Source: Vicugna vicugna
Lineage: Eukaryota
Assembly (NCBI GenBank): GCA_013265495.1
Contig: MU058387.1
Span: 806,001-870,000, forward strand
Reading direction: 5' to 3'
DNA: 64,000 bases
A model generated the notes under the pieces. It had not been told where the DNA came from and made no database searches. It saw only the letters and a list, made by a program, of their open reading frames with translations. The translations under genes and the position numbers were made by a program. Position 1 is the first letter of the stretch. Each line of letters opens with the position of its first letter. This document shows positions 13,048 through 20,862 of the stretch, in pieces.

Positions 13048-13566
13048 CTGGGATGCCCCCCACCAAGTGAGGGTCCTTGGCTCCGCACGGGAAGGAATTC
13101 AAGTGCAAGCCATAGTTGAATAAAGTAGATTTATTTAGAGAGATGTATGGGGTGTGGTTTGGTGGGCATGGTTAAAGTAATAGTAGATACACACTCTATA
13201 GACAGAGTGCGGGCTGTCTCAGAAGACAAGAGAGAGAGAGCGTGTGGTGTTGCTAGTTTTTATATGTAACAAGTGGAAGGTTTATTCCAACTACTATGGG
13301 GAAGGGATGGGGATTCCCAGGAGTTAGGCCACTGCCCTCTTTTTTAACCTTTCCTGGTTAGCCTGGGAACCGTCATGGCACCTGGGGGAGGGTCCCTCAC
13401 CAAGCTAGTGCATTACAATAACGTAGCTCAAGGTCCACTGGAGGTTGAATCTCCTGCCGTCTTGGGCCTCAAGGTCTATTGGGAGTTGACTTTTCCTCCA
13501 TCTTGATGCTAATTGCTGTGTCATTCCTTTAATGGCTGTGACCCCGCCCCCTTCCTTCCTGTCTCA
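13048..13566 (-). mobile_element. Related solo ERV LTR, copy B
   Basis: Colinear similarity to copy A (gaattcaag, tttatt, gggaac.gtcatggcac, tgtgtcattcctt). Ends CCTGTCTCA. Minus-strand TATA-like CATATAAA at ~13259-13266. Confidence 0.75.
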
Positions 13567-13920
13567 CAGTCACTCATTTCATCTTGAAGTATGACCATGA
13601 CCAGTTGGATTTGTAGATGGTCATCATCGATTCAGTGGATTCAGCCCTGCGTCTCATGTGCCTCTCTCTTTGGATACACAAATAGATCTGTAAGAGAAGG
13701 TACTGGCTGGGATGCAAAATTCACAAGATGATCATTTATAGTGAGTTTTCCCTTAATGATGAGATAATTGAATCATTTTCATTTCTTGAAGAACTTTTCA
13801 ACTAAATTGTTGTTATTTAACCTATCACTTCATGCCTTCTCCCTGCCTCCAGGCATTTAGTCCCCATCACAGTGTTTCTTGAAAAGCTTACAGTCAGATC
13901 AGCACTGAATTCATTCAGTA

Positions 13921-13959
13921 CCCTTAACTGACTCTTTTCTCTCTACTTTCCTACAACAG
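13921..13959 (+). promoter_or_regulatory. FLRT2: 3' splice acceptor of the FLRT2 coding exon
   Basis: Branch-point-like CTTAAC/CTGAC (13923-13932), pyrimidine tract ctcttttctctctactttcct, then CAG ending at 13959. A second CAG ends at 13966. Confidence 0.75.
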
Positions 13960-14000
13960 ATTGCAGATTGAGCTTAACCAAGAAGTTCCTAGGCTGGTCC

Positions 14001-14012
14001 ATGCTGTACTGA
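14001..14012 (+). promoter_or_regulatory. uORF1 (MLY*)
   Basis: ATG CTG TAC TGA within the inferred 5'UTR; weak Kozak context. Confidence 0.55.
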
Positions 14013-14128
14013 CCGACAATAAACGGAGGGATTCTGCCTGCCCCATTGGGCCCCTGTGGACCGCTGATAACTTGGCTTCACTTGCTGCCTGGGTGGAAAA
14101 TTCTCCCTGTTGAAATTTTTTTTTGCAC

Positions 14129-14164
14129 ATGGAGGACAATAGCAAAGAGGGCAACACAGGCTGA
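14129..14164 (+). promoter_or_regulatory. uORF2 (MEDNSKEGNTG*)
   Basis: ATG GAG GAC AAT AGC AAA GAG GGC AAC ACA GGC TGA. It has +4 G and is in the same frame as the main CDS (207 nt upstream), but stops before it. Confidence 0.6.
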
Positions 14165-14335
14165 TCTGATAAGACCAGGAAGATTCTTTGACCGTGCGTC
14201 TTTGAGACTTTTCCTCTAGTTGGAGTTCTGGACTTGAACAAAGCTCCAGCCAGTCATTTTGGTTTTGCCATCCTTTCTTTTTTTTTTGTTTTTTTGTTTC
14301 TCCACCACATTGTATTTTATTTCTGTACTTCAGAA

Positions 14336-16318
14336 ATGGGCCTACAGACCACACAGGGGCCCAGCTGGGGGGCTTTTTTCCTGAAATCTTGGCTTCTCAT
14401 TTGCCTGGGGCTCTCCTCCCAGGTGTCCAGAATCCTGGCGTGCCCTAGCGTGTGCCGCTGCGACAGGAACTTTGTCTACTGTAACGAGCGAAGCTTGACC
14501 TCAGTGCCTCTTGGGATCCCGGAGGGCGTCACCGTGCTCTACCTCCACAACAACCAAATTAATAATGCTGGATTTCCCGCAGAGCTGCACAACGTGCGAT
14601 CCGTGCACACCGTCTACCTTTATGGCAACCAACTGGATGAATTCCCCATGAACCTCCCCAAGAACGTCCGAGTTCTCCATTTGCAGGAAAACAACATTCA
14701 GACCATATCGCGAGCGGCTCTCGCCCAGCTTTTGAAGCTGGAGGAGCTCCACCTGGATGACAACTCCATCTCCACGGTGGGGGTGGAAGACGGGGCCTTC
14801 CGGGAGGCTGTCAGCCTCAAATTGCTGTTTCTGTCCAAGAATCATCTGAGCAGCGTGCCTGTCGGGCTTCCCATGGACCTGCAGGAGCTGAGGGTGGATG
14901 AGAATCGAATTGCGGTCATATCAGACATGGCCTTCCAGAACCTCACGAGTTTGGAGCGTCTGATCGTGGATGGAAACCTGCTGACCAACAAGGGCATAGC
15001 CGAGGGCACCTTCAGCCACCTCACCAAGCTCAAGGAGTTTTCCATCGTCCGGAATTCGCTCTCCCACCCTCCTCCTGACCTCCCAGGTACGCATCTGATC
15101 AGGCTCTATCTGCAAGACAACCAGATCAACCACATCCCTTTGACAGCCTTCTCGAACCTCCGGAAGCTGGAACGGCTGGATATATCCAACAACCAGCTGC
15201 GCGTGTTGACTCAAGGGGTCTTCGATAACCTCTCCAACCTGAAGCAGCTCACTGCTCGGAATAACCCTTGGTTTTGTGACTGCAGTATTAAGTGGGTCAC
15301 GGAATGGCTCAAACACATCCCCTCCTCTCTCAATGTGCGAGGTTTCATGTGCCAAGGTCCTGAACAAGTGCGGGGGATGGCTGTCCGGGAGTTGAATCTG
15401 AATCTTTTGTCATGTCCCACCACGACCCCCGGCCTGCCTCCCTTCACCCCGGCCCCCAGTTCAGGTTTCGCCACCACTCAGCCTCCCACAGTCCCTGTCC
15501 CAACCCCTAGCAGGGGCTCTCCGCCTCTGACTCCCACAGCCTCGAAACTTCCCACGGTTCCCGACTGGGATGGCAGAGAAAGAGCGACCCCGCCTCTTTC
15601 TGAACGGATCCAACTCTCCATCCACTTTGTGAATGACACCTCCATTCAAGTCAGCTGGCTCTCTCTCTTTACTGTGATGGCGTACAAACTCACGTGGGTG
15701 AAAATGGGCCACAGCCTGGTAGGGGGCATCGTTCAGGAGCGCATCGTCAGTGGGGAGAAGCAGCATTTGAGCCTGGTGAATTTAGAGCCCAGATCCACGT
15801 ATCGGATTTGCTTAGTGCCGCTGGACGCGTTCAACTACCGAGCGGTGGAAGACACCGTTTGTTCCGAGGCCACCACCCATGCCTCCTACTTGAACAACGG
15901 CAGCAACACGGCCTCCAGCCACGAGCAGGCGACCTCCCACAGCATGGGCTCCCCCTTCCTGCTGGCGGGCCTGATCGGGGGCGCGGTGATCTTTGTGCTC
16001 GTGGTCCTGCTCAGCGTCTTTTGCTGGCACATGCACAAAAAGGGGCGCTACACCTCCCAGAAGTGGAAATACAACCGCGGCCGGCGGAAAGATGACTATT
16101 GCGAGGCCGGCACCAAGAAGGACAATTCCATCCTGGAGATGACCGAAACCAGCTTTCAGATCGTCTCCTTAAATAACGATCAGCTCCTTAAAGGAGATTT
16201 CAGACTGCAACCCATTTACACCCCAAATGGGGGCATCAGTTACACCGACTGCCACATCCCCAACAACGTGCGATACTGCAACAGCAGCGTGCCGGACCTG
16301 GAGCACTGCCACACGTGA
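14336..16318 (+). CDS. FLRT2: Fibronectin leucine-rich transmembrane protein 2, 660 aa, encoded in one exon
   Basis: The ORF-track 694-aa ORF starts at a TTG. Its first ATG (14336, gaaATGG, strong Kozak) gives 660 aa: signal peptide, LRRNT (CPSVCRC), LRR array, LRRCT (NPWFCDC), Pro/Thr stalk, FN3, TM helix (LLAGLIGGAVIFVLVVLLSVFCW) and a tail ending PDLEHCHT. I recognise this as FLRT2 rather than FLRT1 or FLRT3. Confidence 0.99.
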   Translation: MGLQTTQGPSWGAFFLKSWLLICLGLSSQVSRILACPSVCRCDRNFVYCNERSLTSVPLGIPEGVTVLYLHNNQINNAGFPAELHNVRSVHTVYLYGNQLDEFPMNLPKNVRVLHLQENNIQTISRAALAQLLKLEELHLDDNSISTVGVEDGAFREAVSLKLLFLSKNHLSSVPVGLPMDLQELRVDENRIAVISDMAFQNLTSLERLIVDGNLLTNKGIAEGTFSHLTKLKEFSIVRNSLSHPPPDLPGTHLIRLYLQDNQINHIPLTAFSNLRKLERLDISNNQLRVLTQGVFDNLSNLKQLTARNNPWFCDCSIKWVTEWLKHIPSSLNVRGFMCQGPEQVRGMAVRELNLNLLSCPTTTPGLPPFTPAPSSGFATTQPPTVPVPTPSRGSPPLTPTASKLPTVPDWDGRERATPPLSERIQLSIHFVNDTSIQVSWLSLFTVMAYKLTWVKMGHSLVGGIVQERIVSGEKQHLSLVNLEPRSTYRICLVPLDAFNYRAVEDTVCSEATTHASYLNNGSNTASSHEQATSHSMGSPFLLAGLIGGAVIFVLVVLLSVFCWHMHKKGRYTSQKWKYNRGRRKDDYCEAGTKKDNSILEMTETSFQIVSLNNDQLLKGDFRLQPIYTPNGGISYTDCHIPNNVRYCNSSVPDLEHCHT

Positions 16319-17195
16319 CCGCCAGGCGTCCGGCGCCGGGACTCCCGAGAGCACACACGTGTGTGCACGAAAAGACACGCCAATTACATTTGATAAATGT
16401 TCCACAGATGCGTTTGTGCATTTGAATACTCTGTAATTTATACGGTGTACTATATAATGGGATTTAAAAAAAGTGCTATCTTTTCTATTTCAAGTTAATT
16501 ACAAACAGTTTTGTAACTCTTTGCTTTTTAAATCTTAAAAAAAAAAAAATAGTTGCTGAAGTACTGTACAAGGTTGTACAAGAGCCCAGGCAAAAGCACG
16601 AGTGATTCTTCCTCCTGATGCACATTCACGTCTTTGCTGTTGAAGCTTCCGAGTAAATCCCTTTCTTAGAGTCGGTGGTCAGATGGAAGGGCAGATTCAA
16701 ATGGACTCATCAGGGTAGGGAGAATAATAGTCGTAGAACAAGAAATGGCCCAGGTCCCTTCATGCTATTTCTATACTTCCTGGCCCAGAAGAAAAGTAAA
16801 AACTTCTAACATTTAAAAAAAAAAATTTAAAAAAGGAGGTAGTCACCCTGATTTGACCCAAGACAGGAAATGCGGAAAGCATCTCGAGGAAGTCAGTTCC
16901 TGTAAGATAAGTTAACCCAGCCTGGCAGAATCAAGACAATGAGATGAGATTGGAAAAGACCTTCCAACCCAGGGGTTGGCTTCCTGACTGGGAACTTGAA
17001 AAATCACTCTTCATGCTTCCCTGGTCCTATGTGAAACCGAGTGAGAGACCTGAGTCTGATAGCCGTCATCTTCGGGGGCAGGTGGGATGTCCCGGCAAGA
17101 GAACTCCCTTTAAAAGTGTTACTATTCAAATTATACGTCAGGTTGAATCACATTCAACAGAGATATATTCTAGAATACTTTTTTTAGAAGAGGCT

Positions 17196-17201
17196 AATAA
17201 A
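17196..17201 (+). terminator. Candidate proximal polyadenylation signal AATAAA
   Basis: Canonical hexamer about 880 nt after the stop codon, with U-rich sequence downstream. Confidence 0.3.
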
Positions 17202-20200
17202 TTAACGGGAAGAATTATATTGAATGGAATTATTTTTGATAATGAGAATTATTTGGGTAGATTCACATCAGCTATGTCAACATGATATTTAGACCAACAA
17301 GGGATCAAGGTTTGGAATATACTAAACTTGTTTAAAAATCATTGCTATCATTTAGACGAAAGCAAATGATCAGTGGTTCTGCGATCAACTAACTTTGTGA
17401 ATATCATGTTGAAATAGCTTGAATTAATACCTTTATCCCCTCAGAAATTCTTGTCTTCCAATCATCTCACGTATATTTTCATAATTAGCTGTTTATGCTA
17501 CATTCATTTTTTTTCTCCCTCTGCCCAAAATTTGAAGGACAATTATGGGTGCCGGTCTTGGCTGCACAAAATATCCGTATACACTTTAAAATGTATATTA
17601 ATTTTCCCGGCTAATAATTCTGTCAGGACACATCAAAGCTGGCTAAAAGAACATACTTTTTTTTTTAAAGCAATACCAAGTTTCCACCTTGACCTGACTT
17701 TGATCCTCTTCCATTTTTTAAATTGCATTTATTACTTTTCAATCTTGGATGTTCCTCGTCTTTGGGATGTGGAGGATAATCAATCTTTTATTAACAGGAT
17801 AACAGATGAAAAATGAACAAGTCAGAAAGTGAAGGTTTGTTCCCCTAATCTTGGCAGAGCAGGGCAGAGAGCAGAGGGCACAAAGAAGAGAAGGACTTCC
17901 AGGCTTAATTCGAGATATTTTTGAAGCCACGTCCATCTTCAGAAAGCATGTGTAATTTACCCCTTTCCATCCCTTAGATGTAGAAGGGCTATCGATCACA
18001 TACATACATTATCTAAAACATACACCCTTGGAAAATTCTTCTTAAAAATCAATTTCACTTGAGGAATTTCACTCTCTGTTGCATGTTTCCTTGGTCACTG
18101 GCCATCGTTTTAGGGACCTGTGAAATTTAATGTCACAGTCATTTTGCTTTCTGTTTCTCTGTCCCTCTTACTTTTAACAAAATAGAACTGTGATGTGTCT
18201 TCTTTGTAAAAGTCTAGGTATACAATGCTATGCAAGTTTTTCTTTATAGTAAGAGCTTTATTTTCTTTAATAATATATCCCCTGCTCATATGTTTTAATC
18301 TCCCTTGTCCCTCAGAATAAGCAGAAAGTATAACTGAAGTTATCATTGTTACAGACACAAGAATCGAAACTGTGCAGTCAGTTGAGCTGAAATTAGCTAC
18401 GAATTAATTTGAATTAATTCTAAAGTGACTTTGGTTTCCATTTTAGTCTGTTAGCAAGCTCGTTTTAGCTGTTGCTTTTTTACAGCTAGGTCCCCACAGT
18501 GAAGGGATGAGACAATCTGTGAAGGTGATCGGTGTAACAGAAAGCCATCTAAAACGCAGGACAATGACACGGGGTTTTGTGTATTTAACTGGATAATTCC
18601 CTTTCACTGTCCTTTTTTTTCCTTGGCTGTGTAGATAAAACTGTGTGTTCAAATGACGGTACTTTGACTTTTGAGGGTTTTTTTTTTTTTCCTTTTATCC
18701 GCAAAATAATCATTCTCATGTATTTGTATTGTGTGTGTAACCTCCAGCAGGATATTTGGCTGCTGAAACAAATGTCTTTGCTTTGAGCCAAGAGAGCCAG
18801 GGTTGGAGAGGTTTCTGTAATGTCTCGTGGGAGTCACAGAGTTATTTGGGGCTTAAGTCGTACCATGGAGACCTAGTCTTGTGAAGTGGTTAGGATGATC
18901 TGAAAGGGTTCCTTTGCTAAAAGGTGCCCCTGAAGAGTGAGAATCTCGTACCAGGCTTAATTCCGATCTTGTGCACAACGTGACAGAGACTGCTAAAATT
19001 AAGATCAGTCTCCTATTTGTAATAGCATACCCGGGGGTCTCACCTACAACAGGTTAGAAAGCACATCGTGCAACTGGTCATGTCTTAACATGTCTCAGCG
19101 AAATTGCTGACCCACCGTCAGTGGTGGATGAGGCTTTGATGGGCTTTCTTGTCACGGGAATGTTTTGCTGATATATCAACTCTGTATTTTGGACCTCTCT
19201 GACTATCATTGTCACGTGTTTTGAGATTAATCAAGAGTAAAAGTTGAAAGTGCGGGAGACAAGACCATAGACAAAGGCATATTTACTGGCTTCTGAGGGC
19301 TAGATGAGCTGTCGGACCAGATGCGGTGACTTCAGATAGTGTGTAACCACTCTCAGAGTTAGGTGACTGTCACTGTGCAGAGGAAACTGCAAAAGGAAAA
19401 GGCATGGCCACAATCACACAGGTATTATTGACCTGTTATTCATCCCCAGGGTTGTCATTAATACCTGCTTGTTTGGGGAGATGAGTTTGAAAATGGAGGC
19501 CCTTAGCTTCCCCCGAAACTGTCAAATGCATGAACAGCTCATCACATGAGACAATCAAAGGCAGGGACAAAAAGTGTGTTCCTCTACCTATTTTCCTTGT
19601 GCGACAAGTGGAAAACATTCTACCCTGTGAGGAATAATGCAGTTTCTACTTATCTGGATGTTTGTTGAAAATATATTAGGTGTTTTCCCTGAGATTTTAA
19701 AAAAAAAAAAAAGGTATCATGTGTCCAGTCTGGTAAAAAGAATTAATGACGTAGCTAAAATGATGGCTTGGTTTCCTACGAGTGCAGATCCTAATGGTCC
19801 TAAGTCATGCCGTGGGGGCCAGACCCTCCTTCCCACTGAGGAGGGTGAGCTCTTTGTGTTGGGAGCAGAGCATCTGCTCCAGACACAAGGCAGTCTTGCT
19901 GTCCACGGGCAGCGCACACGCTTGGCCAGCCAGCCTCCCGCGCAGAACCCATGGAAGTGGTCCATTCACATTACTTCTTTGTTAGTAGCTTTTATCTCTA
20001 ACCCATACCCAGGAGGCATTAAGTTTCACTTTAGAACATGAGAAGCATGGTTTTGCCCACAACTCAGCCTTTCCAGCTTCATGGGAAAGCAGAGGAGGAA
20101 AGAACACCCTAAAGAGAAGGAGGTTCCTACACAAACCAAAATATCCTCGCTCTTAGCCTTGTCTGACTTTGATTTTTTTTTTTTAAATCAACGTACGAAT

Positions 20201-20437
20201 GTAGGAAAGCAGTAGCTCACTGGTGTCTTCAGTGGGGTCGAAAGACAATTGCTGACAATGGGAGATGCTTCTCACTGATTGTGGGGAGACAGCTTTGTGC
20301 TCGTGGCATACCGCTGTTGTAACCAAAAAATCAGATTCTTTTGCTGTAGTTTTCGTTTTTTTATTTTTCTAGCAGTACACCCACCAGAAGAGCACAAAGC
20401 AAGGCCATCACAACAGGCATTTTTAAACTAGTATAAA

Positions 20438-20480
20438 ACACACACTTGGACACACACACACATACACACACACACACACC
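20438..20480. repeat. Imperfect (CA)n microsatellite in the inferred 3'UTR
   Basis: CA runs interrupted by ttgga and ta. Confidence 0.85.
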
Positions 20481-20819
20481 CCACTAGGGCATTTGTAAAG
20501 ACATCCATGGGATGTGAGATTTATAACCTTTCCGAGGCAAGGTGACGGCGTCGCCACTGTGTGTCCCTCGTAGGACCAGTATATTTCAGTGTATATTTCC
20601 AGTGAATACACAGTCACTGAAAATTATTCCTAATGATTTGTTGTTGTTTGAGCCATATGTTGATTTGCTTCTGGTTTCTGTGTCGTATTGTTCTCGCTGA
20701 CAAGGGACCGCAAGGGGCTGGAAGATTCTGCACCACAGGTCTCCTGAGACCTCCCGGGTCGCACACTTTGTTAACTACAGACTTCACTCTACACTATACA
20801 GTACGTTGTTGATATATTC

Positions 20820-20862
20820 AGTAAAGGCTTATTTTAAAAAGAAACCACATTGTGTTTATCTG
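20820..20862 (+). terminator. Candidate polyadenylation site (AGTAAA variant)
   Basis: AGTAAA at 20820-20825, CA dinucleotides about 20 nt downstream, then TTGTGTTTAT. Confidence 0.45.

Larger units (their letters stand above)
13960..14335 (+). other. FLRT2: 5'UTR portion of the FLRT2 coding exon (376 nt)
   Basis: Lies between the acceptor and the ATG. Unique sequence with in-frame stops at 14162 and 14189. Confidence 0.7.
16319..20850 (+). other. FLRT2: FLRT2 3'UTR (inferred extent; may continue further)
   Basis: AU-rich sequence with no recognisable interspersed repeats, ending at an AGTAAA signal followed by a GU-rich tract. Confidence 0.55.

Noticed and set aside
14228..14335. N-terminal extension of FLRT2 from TTG 14234 or the in-frame CTG 14228 (gttCTGg)
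   Set aside because: The hydrophobic residues come from a poly-T tract whose length sets the frame. ATG 14336 has a strong context and gives the expected signal peptide.
14501..16036. Series of antisense ORFs and the 133-aa alternative-frame ORF (15694-16095)
   Set aside because: Shadows of a GC3-rich CDS, several with non-ATG starts and no recognisable domains.
18401..18420. Palindrome GAATTAATT-TG-AATTAATTC
   Set aside because: Low-complexity AT tandem; too weak to claim a structure.
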